Origin: an uncultured Clostridia bacterium
GTDB lineage: Bacteria > CAYTYR01 > UBA6262
Length of the DNA stretch: 64,000 nucleotides
Direction: 5' to 3'
NCBI GenBank assembly: GCA_964441745.1
Contig: CAYTYR010000006.1
Location: 1 to 64,000 of the forward strand
A model generated the notes under the pieces. That model was not told where the DNA came from. It made no database searches and saw only the letters and a list, made by a program, of their open reading frames with translations. Shown one piece after another: positions 9,486 to 19,506 of the stretch. Each line of letters begins with the position of its first letter. The first letter of the stretch is position 1. The position numbers and the translations under genes were made by a program.

Positions 9486-9965
9486 TTATGTATGCGCAGG
9501 ATAGATCTTTTTTACGACCATCGCTACCAATGGCGATAAAAGAGCGTTATATCCGGCGGAAACGACGATACGGACAGCTTCATGGGACAAAAATGTATAG
9601 GAAGTAAAAAATGCCTGGGCGAAAGCGCTAAGAAAACCGCTGAAGATGGTGACCAGAAATACCAGGATCATGATCAATAAAGGGCTATTCTCTTCCAGCT
9701 TATTCTTCAGAAAGCCGCTGGCAAAACCAATAATAGCTTTCACCAGAGCTCGAACACCCAGCACGCCATAGGACAGGCAATCCTGCAAAAGCCCGCCAAT
9801 AAAACCATAGAGCTGGCCGGGCATGGATCCTTTTCTGATCGAGATCAATATAACCAGGATCAAGACAAAATCAGGCTTAGCCCCGTAAATAGCTAACCGG
9901 TTGAAGAGCGTGGTCTCCAGCAGTAAGCTGATGATAAAGGATAATAGCACGTAAAATATAGACAT
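9486..9965 (-). CDS. mreD: Rod shape-determining protein MreD
   Basis: Hydrophobic, KPDFVLILV, GLLQD; between mreC and mrdA. Confidence 0.9.
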   Translation of the reverse strand: MSIFYVLLSFIISLLLETTLFNRLAIYGAKPDFVLILVILISIRKGSMPGQLYGFIGGLLQDCLSYGVLGVRALVKAIIGFASGFLKNKLEENSPLLIMILVFLVTIFSGFLSAFAQAFFTSYTFLSHEAVRIVVSAGYNALLSPLVAMVVKKIYPAHT

Positions 9966-9980
9966 TTAAATCCTTCTAAA

Positions 9981-10102
9981 ACCGGATACCAGGAGATCAG
10001 GAAATCAGGAAGTGGATATCAGGGAATCAGGACATCAGGTTTTACCTGATAACCTGTTATCCTGGTTACCTGCATCCTGGTATTCTGGTACCCTGATAAC
10101 CT
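9981..10102. repeat. 8-nt NNATCAGG array followed by inverted CCTGATNN array
   Basis: About 6 direct then about 7 inverted units filling the mreC-mreD spacer. Confidence 0.85.
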
Positions 10103-10106
10103 ATTT

Positions 10107-10934
10107 TTATCGTTTTACAGTATTTAAAATCAAAACTTCTTCCAGCAATCCGGGATTGATCTCCGGAAGAGCTATTCCACCCTTAAAAAGCTTATTTTCT
10201 TCCTGATAATTTTCAGTAACTGTCCCCACTTTTAAACCAGGTGGGAAAATACCGCCTTTGCCACTGGTCACCAAAATATCTCCGGGCGCAATATCCGCTT
10301 CGTTGAGAAAATAGCGCAGTCGCAAACTGAAATGATTTTCTCCCTGGGCCACCCCTTCATACCTGGTACGCTCATTGAGTATCCGTAATTCGCTTTCCTG
10401 GTCAGTGAGCAGCAAGACCCGGGAAGATTGCGGCAGGACCTCAACAATACGCCCGGCTACGCCAATGGAGCCGTGCTGGTAAGCCAGCACTACCATGTTT
10501 TCAAGAACATTATCTTCCCGGCCTTTGTTCACCCAGATACTGGTATAGCAATTTTCCGGCTCGGAACCAATCACCCTGGCTAATTGGCTATAATAGGCTG
10601 ATTCTTTCTTATAAGCCAGGAGAGCTTTTAGCCGCTCATTTTCAGCCAAAGCTTCGCGGGACTGCTGGATTTCGCTCTTTAAACGGTAATTTTCTTCCTG
10701 GAGATTAAGATTTTCTTCGCGCAGGTTGACGAGAGAGAGAATGTTCTTGGCCAAACGGCTGTTGTCCTGGAGCATTTCAAAGCTGACCTTTTGGCTTGGG
10801 CTGAGAAGATAATAGAAGAAGGTGCGGACAGACTGGACCTGCTGATTGAAGGGTGAGCCGATAAGGAATAGACTCAGAGCAACCAAAAATATTAAGACGA
10901 TGCTTTCTTTATATTTAATCCACCAGTAAGACAT
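10107..10934 (-). CDS. mreC: Rod shape-determining protein MreC
   Basis: N-terminal TM, coiled coil ENERLKALL, GDILVTSG.GGIFPPG. Confidence 0.93.
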   Translation of the reverse strand: MSYWWIKYKESIVLIFLVALSLFLIGSPFNQQVQSVRTFFYYLLSPSQKVSFEMLQDNSRLAKNILSLVNLREENLNLQEENYRLKSEIQQSREALAENERLKALLAYKKESAYYSQLARVIGSEPENCYTSIWVNKGREDNVLENMVVLAYQHGSIGVAGRIVEVLPQSSRVLLLTDQESELRILNERTRYEGVAQGENHFSLRLRYFLNEADIAPGDILVTSGKGGIFPPGLKVGTVTENYQEENKLFKGGIALPEINPGLLEEVLILNTVKR

Positions 10935-10950
10935 GTCTTACCTTAGAAGG

Positions 10951-11010
10951 CACTGATGAAAACGGATTTTAACAAATGCAAACGGATTAAATATCTGTTT
11001 GAATCTGAGC
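10951..11010. repeat. Degenerate ACGGATT / AATCTG array
   Basis: aaacggattt..aaacggattaa then atctgtttgaatctg in mreB-mreC spacer. Confidence 0.55.
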
Positions 11011-11035
11011 TTTCTTTCCGTATGCATCGTGCAGT

Positions 11036-12067
11036 TTATTTGTCGCGATGCGCTTTGGACAGGCGGTCAAGTTCTTCCAGGTATTTGCCGGTGCCTTTAA
11101 CGACACAGGTCAGGGGATCTTCAGCCACATTGACCGGCAAGCCAGTCTCTTCGCTCATTAATCTGTCTATGCCGCGCAACAGTGAACTGCCGCCTGACAG
11201 GACAATACCTCTCTCAATGATATCAGCGGACAATTCCGGCGGTGTCTGTTCCAGCGTGGATTTTACCATTTCGATGATCATTCTCACAGTGTCGGAAAGT
11301 GCGCCGCGGATCTCATCGCTGACTATTTCTACGGTTTCAGGAAGGCCGGTCTTCAGGCTCCTGCCCTTCACTTCCATTGATTCTTCTTTTTCCTGGGGAT
11401 AAATAGACCCGATCCTGATCTTGACATCTTCGGCCGTGCGTTCCCCGATAGTCAGGTTATATTTGCGTTTGACATACTGGATGATAGCTTCGTCCATCGC
11501 GTCGCCGGCAACCCGCAGGGAATTACTGATGACCATCCCGCCCAGGGAGATCACCGCTACTTCCGTGGTGCCGCCGCCGATATCCACGATCATACTGCCA
11601 GCTGCTTCATGCACCGGTATATCCGCCCCGATCGCCGCAGCCATCGGCTCTTCAATAATGAATACTTCGCGCGCTCCAGCCTGCTCAGCCGCCTCTTTAA
11701 CCGCTCTTTTTTCCACTCCGGTGATACCGCTGGGCACACCGATCGCGACCCGCGGACGGATCAGGGTCCGGTCCTGGCGTACTTTGCGGATGAAGTAGCG
11801 GATCATTTCCTGGGTGATCTCAAAATCAGCGATCACCCCGTTACGCAGCGGCCTGATCGCCACTATATTGGCAGGAGTACGGCCGATCATTTTCTTGGCG
11901 TCTTCCCCTACCGCCAGTACCTCGTTAGTATTCTTATCAATAGCGACAACTGAAGGCTCACGTAAAAGGATCCCTTTGCCTTTGACATAGACCAGGGTAC
12001 TAGCTGTACCGAGATCGATGCCCATATCACTGGCCAGAAGCCCTAAAAATCTTTTAAACATAGCCAC
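11036..12067 (-). CDS. mreB: Cell shape actin MreB
   Basis: [34 protein letters not shown]. Confidence 0.97.
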   Translation of the reverse strand: MAMFKRFLGLLASDMGIDLGTASTLVYVKGKGILLREPSVVAIDKNTNEVLAVGEDAKKMIGRTPANIVAIRPLRNGVIADFEITQEMIRYFIRKVRQDRTLIRPRVAIGVPSGITGVEKRAVKEAAEQAGAREVFIIEEPMAAAIGADIPVHEAAGSMIVDIGGGTTEVAVISLGGMVISNSLRVAGDAMDEAIIQYVKRKYNLTIGERTAEDVKIRIGSIYPQEKEESMEVKGRSLKTGLPETVEIVSDEIRGALSDTVRMIIEMVKSTLEQTPPELSADIIERGIVLSGGSSLLRGIDRLMSEETGLPVNVAEDPLTCVVKGTGKYLEELDRLSKAHRDK

Positions 12068-12070
12068 CTT

Positions 12071-12421
12071 CTACACTAGTTTAATGATTGATTCAACAGC
12101 GCCGTCACCTTGACGTGGTCCGAGTAAGAACATCTTGGTGTAACCGCCTTTTCTTTCTTTGTACCGGGGAGCAATCACCTCAAATAATTTCTTGTTGACC
12201 TTTTTGCTCCGGATGAATTTAAATGCATCCCGGCGGCTGGCCAGGGTGCCTTTCTTGGCCAAGGTGATCATTTTTTCCGCTGCCCGCCGACATTCCTTGG
12301 CTTTGGCAGTGGTAGTTTTTATTTGTTCATACTCGAAAAGGGACTTCACCAGGTTGTTCAAGAGGTTCTTCCGGTGCCCCATATTCCTGCCTAATTTTCT
12401 GCCTACTTTACCTTGTGCCAT
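12071..12421 (-). CDS. rplQ: 50S ribosomal protein L17
   Basis: RKLGR..HR, IKTTTAKAKE, RKGGYT; after rpoA. Confidence 0.97.
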   Translation of the reverse strand: MAQGKVGRKLGRNMGHRKNLLNNLVKSLFEYEQIKTTTAKAKECRRAAEKMITLAKKGTLASRRDAFKFIRSKKVNKKLFEVIAPRYKERKGGYTKMFLLGPRQGDGAVESIIKLV

Positions 12422-12430
12422 GACTGTATG

Positions 12431-13420
12431 TTACTCCTTTTCCTGTGGAGGTAATTCCATACCCAATGATAAATTTAATTCCTTGAGTTTTTTACTGATC
12501 TCATTGAGTGATTTCTTGCCGAAATTCTTGACTTTGAGCAAGTCCTGTTCGCGTTTCTGTACCAGGTCGCCGATCAACTTGATCTTGGCTACCCGCAGGC
12601 AATTCTGCGCCCGGATAGAAAGCTCGATGATGTCCACGCTCTGGTCCAGCAGGTCGCGCAGTTTTTTGCTCTTTTCCTCTTCTGCCACTGCTGATTCTTC
12701 CACTTTTTCGCTCTTGGTTTCTTCTTCATCAAAGTTAATGAATATTTCCAGGGAGTCTTTCAGGATCTTGGCGGTGTAAGCCAAGGCATCCTCCGGCGAT
12801 ACACTGCCGTCTGTCCAGATCTCCATAATGAGCCGGTCATAGTCTGTCATTTGGCCGACACGGGCATTCTCTACGGTATAATTAACCTTGGAAACCGGGG
12901 TAAAGATAGAATCAATAGGGATGAGGCCGATATCCTGGCCCTCTTTCTTGTTTCTTTCGGCGATCACATATCCGCGGCCTTTATTCACTTCGATCATGAT
13001 CTCCAGCTTGGCGCCGGGATTAAGTGTGGCGACCGGCTGTTCAGGATTGAGCACTTCGACATTAGTATTGACTTCGATCTGCCCGGCAGTAGCGATTCCC
13101 TGTTTGTTGGCGCGCAAATATATTGTTTCGGGACCGTTAGTATACAGTTTAAACCGGACTTTTTTCAGGTTGAGGATGATCTCGGACACGTCTTCTTTGA
13201 TGCCCGGGATACTGGAGAATTCATGCAGTACGCCCTCGATCTTGATGTTCGTGATCGCGGCGCCTTCCAGTGAATTCAATAAAATTCGACGCAAACTGTT
13301 GCCGATGGTATGCCCATATCCGCGTTCAAATGGTTCAGCGACAAATTTACCGAAATTGTCAGTAGCAGTCTTCTTATCCAACTCCAACCTCTTCGGCATT
13401 ACAATGGGACTTAACTTCAT
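12431..13420 (-). CDS. rpoA: RNA polymerase subunit alpha
   Basis: EPFERGYGHTIGNSLRR, KNFGKKSL. Confidence 0.98.
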   Translation of the reverse strand: MKLSPIVMPKRLELDKKTATDNFGKFVAEPFERGYGHTIGNSLRRILLNSLEGAAITNIKIEGVLHEFSSIPGIKEDVSEIILNLKKVRFKLYTNGPETIYLRANKQGIATAGQIEVNTNVEVLNPEQPVATLNPGAKLEIMIEVNKGRGYVIAERNKKEGQDIGLIPIDSIFTPVSKVNYTVENARVGQMTDYDRLIMEIWTDGSVSPEDALAYTAKILKDSLEIFINFDEEETKSEKVEESAVAEEEKSKKLRDLLDQSVDIIELSIRAQNCLRVAKIKLIGDLVQKREQDLLKVKNFGKKSLNEISKKLKELNLSLGMELPPQEKE

Positions 13421-13462
13421 ATCTCCTCCTGTTTCTTAAACACATTAAGCTAATTTAAGCTT

Positions 13463-13518
13463 TAATCTGTGCCTGTCCTCCCGATTAGTTTTGCGAAGCA
13501 AAACTAGGGGGGATAATC
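13463..13518. repeat. 42-nt CCTG-foot hairpin inserted in TAATCTGTG|TAATC
   Basis: cctg-tcctccc-gat-tagttttgc-gaa-gcaaaacta-gggggga; sister of 19451-19492. Confidence 0.75.
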
Positions 13519-13526
13519 TATTTTAT

Positions 13527-14156
13527 TTACTTCGAATACAACTCAACGATCAGCTGTTCATTGACCGGGTACGACAATTCAGTACGATCCGGCAGTTTGG
13601 TGATAGTCCCCACCAGGGAATCCTTGTTTAGTTCGAGCCAGGAAGGTATGCCTCTTTCCACGACTACTTTCTGCCCTTCCTGCACAGCGACATTGCCTTT
13701 TCTTTTTTCACTGACCGTAACCTTATCGCCAACCTTGACGATGAAAGATGGAATATCAACTTTTTTGCTGTTGACCCGGACACCGCCATGAGCCACCAGC
13801 TGCCTGGCGCCGGTCCTGGATGTCGAAAAACCAAGACGATAAGCCACATTATCCAAACGCATTTCCAGTAACCGCAACAGATTTTCGCCGGTCAGGCCTT
13901 TCGCCTGGTCAGCTTTCTTGAAATACAGGCGGAATTGTTTTTCCATCAATCCCGAGATCCTGCGGGCTTTCTGCTTTTCCCTTAATTGGGTCTTATAATC
14001 AGACATACCGAACGAGCGTCTCTTGCCTTGCTGTCCTGGAGGGGTAGCTTTCTTATCCACTGCGCATTTAGCCGAATAACAGCGGGTTCCCTTCAAAAAT
14101 AATTTTACTCCTTCAGCACGGCACAACCTGCAAACTGCACCAATAACTCTGGCCAC
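13527..14156 (-). CDS. rpsD: 30S ribosomal protein S4 (Cys-containing type)
   Basis: CRLCRAEG.KLFLKG.RC, QLREKQK, LEMRLDN. Confidence 0.98.
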   Translation of the reverse strand: MARVIGAVCRLCRAEGVKLFLKGTRCYSAKCAVDKKATPPGQQGKRRSFGMSDYKTQLREKQKARRISGLMEKQFRLYFKKADQAKGLTGENLLRLLEMRLDNVAYRLGFSTSRTGARQLVAHGGVRVNSKKVDIPSFIVKVGDKVTVSEKRKGNVAVQEGQKVVVERGIPSWLELNKDSLVGTITKLPDRTELSYPVNEQLIVELYSK

Positions 14157-14173
14157 AAACTCCTCCTTAATAT

Positions 14174-14230
14174 TATAGCGTATAGCGTGTAGCGGATAGC
14201 GTATAGCAACTGCTATTGCTATCTGCGATT
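14174..14230. repeat. 7-nt TATAGCG array
   Basis: 14178-14206 identical (29 nt) to 49226-49254. Confidence 0.85.
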
Positions 14231-14235
14231 ATTCG

Positions 14236-14670
14236 TCAAACTCTGCGTTGTTTCGGCGGACGGCAACCATTGTGCGGGATCGGGGTAACGTCCTTGATCA
14301 TATTCACGGCCAGGCCTGCTGCCTGCAAAGCGCGGATCGCTGTTTCACGGCCTGATCCCGGGCCTTTTACCAAGACGATAACTTCCCGCATCCCCTGCTC
14401 TACCGCTTTTTTCGCTGCCGCTTCTGCCGCCATCTGGGCCGCATACGGGGTCCCTTTTCTGGAACCTTTGAATCCCTGCGAACCAGTTGAACACCAGGAT
14501 ATCACATCACCTTTCATATCGGTAATACTGATAATGGTATTGTTGAAAGTTGCCTTGATGTGCGCCACGCCTGAAGATACATTTCTCAATGCTTTTTTCT
14601 TTTTGGCTGCTGGTTTACCTGCCCCTGGCGCTTTTTTGTCTTCTTTTTTTGGTAGCTGTTGATCAGTCAT
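14236..14670 (-). CDS. rpsK: 30S ribosomal protein S11
   Basis: [37 protein letters not shown]. Confidence 0.98.
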   Translation of the reverse strand: MTDQQLPKKEDKKAPGAGKPAAKKKKALRNVSSGVAHIKATFNNTIISITDMKGDVISWCSTGSQGFKGSRKGTPYAAQMAAEAAAKKAVEQGMREVIVLVKGPGSGRETAIRALQAAGLAVNMIKDVTPIPHNGCRPPKQRRV

Positions 14671-14675
14671 TAGGC

Positions 14676-15077
14676 TTATGCTCCTTTTGCTGGTGACTTA
14701 GACTCTTCTTTTACTTTTACTGCTCCGACGGTCTTACGCATACCGCGCCGGGTACGGGCATTGGTTTTAGTGCGCTGGCCGCGTGTCGGCAGGTTCCTTT
14801 TATGCCGATAGCCGCGATACGCCCCGATTTCCACCAACCGTTTGATATTATTAGCTATATCCCGGCGCAAGGTTCCTTCGACCTTGTAATCGCGCTGGAT
14901 AATGGTCTTGAGCTTGTTAATTTCCTCTTCGGTCAGGTTCTTGACCCTGGTATCAGGACTGATTTCAGCTTCAGCCAAGATCTTCTTGGAAAGAGCCAAA
15001 CCAATACCATACAGATAACCAAGAGCAACTTCTATCCTTTTATCTTTGGGTAAGTCAACTCCTATAATTCTTGCCAT
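14676..15077 (-). CDS. rpsM: 30S ribosomal protein S13
   Basis: [22 protein letters not shown]. Confidence 0.98.
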   Translation of the reverse strand: MARIIGVDLPKDKRIEVALGYLYGIGLALSKKILAEAEISPDTRVKNLTEEEINKLKTIIQRDYKVEGTLRRDIANNIKRLVEIGAYRGYRHKRNLPTRGQRTKTNARTRRGMRKTVGAVKVKEESKSPAKGA

Positions 15078-15101
15078 CTAAATTTCTCCTCCTGGTATGG
15101 A

Positions 15102-15215
15102 TTAACCTTGTCTTTGGTTATGCCGTGGGTTAGTGCAAACTACCCTGACAATACGTTTTCTTCTGACGATTTTACATTTTTTACAGATAGGTTTAACAGA
15201 AGCGCGAACTTTCAT
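15102..15215 (-). CDS. rpmJ: 50S ribosomal protein L36 (zinc-binding type; below track cutoff)
   Basis: Translated by hand: [45 protein letters not shown]. Confidence 0.97.
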   Translation of the reverse strand: MKVRASVKPICKKCKIVRRKRIVRVVCTNPRHNQRQG

Positions 15216-15235
15216 GAGCACATCCTCCTGAAATA

Positions 15236-15268
15236 CAAATTCTAAATTCGAATATCTAAATTCTAAAC
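15236..15268. repeat. 7-nt TCTAAAT array
   Basis: ctaaattcgaatatctaaattctaaac; near-identical 27-mers at 24186-24212 and 44826-44852. Confidence 0.8.
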
Positions 15269-15278
15269 GCTATTGTTC

Positions 15279-15497
15279 TTACTTCACCCGGAAAATGATC
15301 CGGCCGCGGGACAGGTCATATGGTGACAACTGGACTTTCACTTTATCTCCCGGCAGGATCCGGATAAAGTTCATGCGCATCTTCCCGGAAATATGCGCTA
15401 AAATCTTGTGCCCGTTCTCTAATTCCACTCTGAACATGGCGTTGGGCAAGGCTTCCAGAATTTTTCCTTCTACTTCTATAGCATCTTCTTTGGGCAC
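15279..15497 (-). CDS. infA: Translation initiation factor IF-1
   Basis: [24 protein letters not shown] start after AGGAG. Confidence 0.97.
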   Translation of the reverse strand: MPKEDAIEVEGKILEALPNAMFRVELENGHKILAHISGKMRMNFIRILPGDKVKVQLSPYDLSRGRIIFRVK

Positions 15498-15514
15498 AAA
15501 CACTCCTAAACGGT

Positions 15515-15628
15515 TTTTGGGTGTTGGGCTTGGAAGTAAGTATGGTCTAAGGTCTTAGGAAGTTAGGCTTGTACCAAAGACTATAGCCTTACTTCCATAC
15601 CTACTTCTACAACCTATTACCTTAACAC
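15515..15628. repeat. Degenerate low-complexity array with inverted partner
   Basis: G/T-rich block then C/A-rich block; tggaagtaag (15531-40) pairs with cttacttcca (15588-97). Confidence 0.55.
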
Positions 15629-15633
15629 TTTTT

Positions 15634-16380
15634 CTACAACTTTGTTAAGATCTCCGGCCCATTGGCCGTAATCACGATAGTATGTTCAAAGTGCGCACTC
15701 AATTTACGGTCTTTAGTCACCACCGTCCAATTATCGTCCAGCACTTCCACTTCAAATGTGCCGGCATTCACCATGGGCTCTATCGCCAGGGTCATGCCTT
15801 CTTTCAGCGCCGGGCCGCATCCGGCCGGCCCGTAATTAGGCACTTGCGGATCTTCATGCATCTGTCGGCCGATACCATGCCCGACATATTGCTCAACGAT
15901 GGAAAAGCCATGGCTTTCGGCATGTACCTGGACCGCATGAGAGACATCACCTAAATGATTTCCGGGACAGGCTTGAGCTATGCCTTGGTACAAGCTTTGC
16001 TCAGTCACGGTCATTAATTTCTGCGCTTCGGCATTGATCTTTCCAACTCCGGCTGAAAACGCCATATCGCCGACAAAACCATCATAAATCACTCCGGCGT
16101 CGATACCGACTATATCCCCTTCACGCAAAACCCGGCTGCCGGGAATGCCATGAACCACTTCTTCGTTGATGGAAACACAGATGCTCTTAGGATACCCTTG
16201 GTATCCCAAAAAAGCCGCTGTGGCTTTGTTTTTTTTGATAAAAGCCATCGCCACATCATCAAGCGTCTGAGTTGTAATTCCCGGTTTTATTTTTTCCTTT
16301 AAAAGAGCGCATAACTCGGCTGTGAGACGGCCGCTTTCCTGCATTAATTTTATTTCTTCGGGAGATTTCAGGATTATCAT
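15634..16380 (-). CDS. map: Methionine aminopeptidase type I
   Basis: CVSINEEVVHGIP, GHGIG, AIEPM, SAHFEHT. Confidence 0.97.
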   Translation of the reverse strand: MIILKSPEEIKLMQESGRLTAELCALLKEKIKPGITTQTLDDVAMAFIKKNKATAAFLGYQGYPKSICVSINEEVVHGIPGSRVLREGDIVGIDAGVIYDGFVGDMAFSAGVGKINAEAQKLMTVTEQSLYQGIAQACPGNHLGDVSHAVQVHAESHGFSIVEQYVGHGIGRQMHEDPQVPNYGPAGCGPALKEGMTLAIEPMVNAGTFEVEVLDDNWTVVTKDRKLSAHFEHTIVITANGPEILTKL

Positions 16381-16381
16381 A

Positions 16382-16942
16382 TTATTTCTTAATGGCATCC
16401 AGGATATTCCTGATCAAGGCAAATATCTGGTCAATCGAACCGATGCCATTAACCTTCCGCAAAAGCTTTTTTTCTTGATAGAAATCAAGGACCGGCCGGG
16501 TGGTTGACTCATAGACTTTTAACCTGTTCTTGATCGTCTTTTCATTATCATCCGCGCGTCCCCGTTTGGATAGGCGCGTTACTAATTCCTGTTCTGCCAC
16601 TTGTATGTACAATACCGCGTCCAGTTTTAACCCGCGTATTTTAAGGATCTCTTCCAGATCATGCGCCTGCCTGGTCGTCCGGGGATAGCCGTCAAGGATA
16701 AAACCATCCTGGCAATCAGGCTTGGCTAACCGCTCAGCCACGATCTCTTTCAACAAGTCATCAGAGACCAGCTCTCCCTTGCTCATTACTTCTTTAATTT
16801 TCAAGGCCAGGGGAGAACTACTGGCTGCTGTTTCCCGGAGGATATCTCCGGTAGAGATCTGCGGTAGATGATACTGGGCTACTATTTTCTCTGCTTGCGT
16901 ACCTTTGCCAGCTCCGGGACCGCCAAACAAGATGATGCGCAT
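16382..16942 (-). CDS. adk: Adenylate kinase (short LID type)
   Basis: GGPGAGKGTQA, STGDILR, LDGYPRT, RGRADD. Confidence 0.96.
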   Translation of the reverse strand: MRIILFGGPGAGKGTQAEKIVAQYHLPQISTGDILRETAASSSPLALKIKEVMSKGELVSDDLLKEIVAERLAKPDCQDGFILDGYPRTTRQAHDLEEILKIRGLKLDAVLYIQVAEQELVTRLSKRGRADDNEKTIKNRLKVYESTTRPVLDFYQEKKLLRKVNGIGSIDQIFALIRNILDAIKK

Positions 16943-18261
16943 TATTGCATTCTTCCTTTAAGATGGGCTTTTTTCATGAATCCTTCATAATGCCGCATCA
17001 GCAGGTGTGATTCTACCTGTCCCATAGTATCCAAAGCCACGCCTACTACGATCAGGACCGAAGTACCGCTTAATATCCTGGACCAGAACTCGGCATGCAA
17101 ACCGGCAAAAATATAATCCGGGATGATGGCGATAAATACTACAAAAACCGCGCCGATCAAGGTGATCCTGGTCAGGACTTTGTCAATATATTCACTGGTG
17201 GGAGGACCAGGCCTGATACCAGGCACGAATCCACCTTGCTTCTTCATATTATCCGCCAGATCGCTGGGATTAAAAGTAATAGCAGTATAAAAGTAACAGA
17301 AAAAAATAATCAAGGCAGCATAGACCAGGTTATAGACCCAACCGCCACGCGTAAACCAATCAGTCATACTTTTGAGAAAAGTCACATTCGGGAAGAATTG
17401 CCCGACAGTAGCCGGAATCATCATGATACTCACGGCAAAGATCACGGCGATCACGCCGGACTGGTCCACTCGTAAAGGCAGATAGCTGGATTGTCCGCCA
17501 TACATCCGTCGGCCGACGATCCGTTTGGCATATTGCACCGGGATCTTCCGCTGAGCTTGCTGGATATAAGTTACAAAGCCGATCAAGATCACGATGAAAA
17601 CTACGAGCGCCAGGAGAATTAGTAAACTCATTTCCCCGCTCTTGAACAACTGCCAGGTATCAAACATGACTGCCGGGATACGGTCAATAATACCGGCAAA
17701 GATCAGGATCGAGATGCCGTTGCCAATGCCGCGCTCGGTGATCTGTTCGCCTAACCACATGATAAATACTGTGCCTGTGGTTAAAGTGACCATAGTCAAT
17801 AGCTGGAACTCTATTCCCGGATTTTTGACTACGCTCAGGCCGCCAACCTTCATGCTTTGCATCCAGAAAGTCAAGCCATAAGACTGGACGGCAGCCAGGG
17901 CCAAAGTTCCGATCCGGGTATACTGATTTAGCTTCTTGCGGCCGCTCGCTCCTTCTTTGGCCAATTGCTCCAAAAACGGCACCACGGTCTGCAGCAAGGA
18001 CATGATAATTGACATATTGATGTACGGCATGATACCCATGGAGAAAATGGATAGTTTGCTCAAAGCCCCGCCGCTGAACAGGTCAAAGAACCCGATCAAG
18101 GTCCCTTTCTGGGTCTCAAAAAAGTTCTTCAAAACACCGGCATCAATCCCGGGAGTGGGGATGAAAGCCCCAATCCGGTAAACAATAACGACACCAAGGG
18201 TAAATAGAATTTTCTTTCTTAAATCAGGAATTCTAAAAATATCTCCAAATCCTTTAAGCAA
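16942..18261 (-). CDS. secY: Preprotein translocase SecY
   Basis: MGIMPYI, WLGEQITERGIGNGIS, PGIRPG. Confidence 0.98.
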   Translation of the reverse strand: MLKGFGDIFRIPDLRKKILFTLGVVIVYRIGAFIPTPGIDAGVLKNFFETQKGTLIGFFDLFSGGALSKLSIFSMGIMPYINMSIIMSLLQTVVPFLEQLAKEGASGRKKLNQYTRIGTLALAAVQSYGLTFWMQSMKVGGLSVVKNPGIEFQLLTMVTLTTGTVFIMWLGEQITERGIGNGISILIFAGIIDRIPAVMFDTWQLFKSGEMSLLILLALVVFIVILIGFVTYIQQAQRKIPVQYAKRIVGRRMYGGQSSYLPLRVDQSGVIAVIFAVSIMMIPATVGQFFPNVTFLKSMTDWFTRGGWVYNLVYAALIIFFCYFYTAITFNPSDLADNMKKQGGFVPGIRPGPPTSEYIDKVLTRITLIGAVFVVFIAIIPDYIFAGLHAEFWSRILSGTSVLIVVGVALDTMGQVESHLLMRHYEGFMKKAHLKGRMQ

Positions 18262-18331
18262 TTTCAGCTCCTTCGACCGAAGGTCGTCCCGATCGAAGCA
18301 GCGGGATAAACCTTAACGGTTTATTAATATT

Positions 18332-18778
18332 TTATTTTACAATTTCAACTTTGCCGCCGGCTTTTTCAATCATTTCCTTGGCCTTGGCGCTGCATTCATT
18401 AACTTTAACCGTCAGGTTTTTCTTGATCTCACCGCGTCCCAGTAATTTAACGCCGTCCCGACAAGCATCAATGATCTTTTTGTCTAATAATATTTGCGGG
18501 GTAACTTCGGCATTGGCCTGGAAATTATTTTCTAACTGGTCTAAATTAACTACGGCAAAATTGTTTTTGGTACGGCTGTTAAAACCGCGCTTGGGCAAAC
18601 GCCTGGATAAAGGCATCTGTCCGCCTTCAAATCCCGGCCGGGTTCCGCCGCCGGAACGTGAGTTCTGCCCTTTCATACCACGGCAAGCGGTATGCCCGTG
18701 ACCGGAGCCATGGCCGCGGCCAACGATCTTTCTTCTTTTAGTAGCGCCTTTTGCTGGTCTCAAATCTGTCAATTGCAT
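18332..18778 (-). CDS. rplO: 50S ribosomal protein L15
   Basis: GRGHGSG, FEGGQMPL.RRLPKRGF. Confidence 0.98.
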   Translation of the reverse strand: MQLTDLRPAKGATKRRKIVGRGHGSGHGHTACRGMKGQNSRSGGGTRPGFEGGQMPLSRRLPKRGFNSRTKNNFAVVNLDQLENNFQANAEVTPQILLDKKIIDACRDGVKLLGRGEIKKNLTVKVNECSAKAKEMIEKAGGKVEIVK

Positions 18779-18794
18779 TGTTCAATACTCCTTA

Positions 18795-18907
18795 TCTAAA
18801 TACAAGCTCTAAATACTAATCTCTAAATACTAAACTTTATTGTCTTGCCTCATTATTTATTTTTCATTTAAAATTATTTAGTATTTCGGATTTAGTTATT
18901 CGAATTT
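18795..18907. repeat. 7-nt TCTAAAT array plus inverted block at the usual rpmD position
   Basis: tctaaatac..ctctaaatactaatctctaaatactaaac / tttagtatttcggatttagttattcgaattt. Confidence 0.8.
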
Positions 18908-18911
18908 GTCA

Positions 18912-19424
18912 CTAAACAGTTGTGTTTTTAATTTCTGGCGCTGCTTTTTCAGATTCCATAGCTATATTGAGATTTTCAGTCCGCATTTGCGCTAAACCAT
19001 CAAAGGTAGCATAAACAACGTTATACGGATTTTTGGAACCTAATGATTTAGTCAGCACATTCTTGGCGCCAGCCAGTTCCAGCACTATTCTTACCCCGCC
19101 GCCGGCAATCACGCCGGTACCAGGGCACGCTGGCTTCATCAGCACATTAGCGCTGCCAAAATGGCCGTGAACTTCGTGCGGTACTGTCCCTTCTTTCAAA
19201 GTCACTTTGATCAAATTCTTTTTCGCGTTGGTCACGCCTTTTTGAATGGCATCCTGCACTTCTTTGGCTTTGCCTGTGCCGACGCCGACATGTCCCTTTT
19301 CATCGCCTACGACGACCAGAGCCGCAAAGGAAAACCGTTTTCCACCTTTGACCACTTTAGCCACGCGGGCCACGTTTACTACTTTGTCTTTTAATTCTAA
19401 TCCATCTGGACTGATCCGTGCCAA
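18912..19424 (-). CDS. rpsE: 30S ribosomal protein S5
   Basis: [30 protein letters not shown]. Confidence 0.98.
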   Translation of the reverse strand: MARISPDGLELKDKVVNVARVAKVVKGGKRFSFAALVVVGDEKGHVGVGTGKAKEVQDAIQKGVTNAKKNLIKVTLKEGTVPHEVHGHFGSANVLMKPACPGTGVIAGGGVRIVLELAGAKNVLTKSLGSKNPYNVVYATFDGLAQMRTENLNIAMESEKAAPEIKNTTV

Positions 19425-19450
19425 TTTTCCCTCCCAAGCTTTATTCTTTG

Positions 19451-19492
19451 CTTGTCCCCCCGCCTAGATTTACGGACGTAAATCTGGGGGGA
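19451..19492. repeat. 42-nt CYTG-foot hairpin element
   Basis: cttg-tcccccc-gcc-tagatttac-ggac-gtaaatct-gggggga; compensatory changes versus 13472-13513. Confidence 0.75.
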
Positions 19493-19506
19493 TCGCTATA
19501 TTTTAA

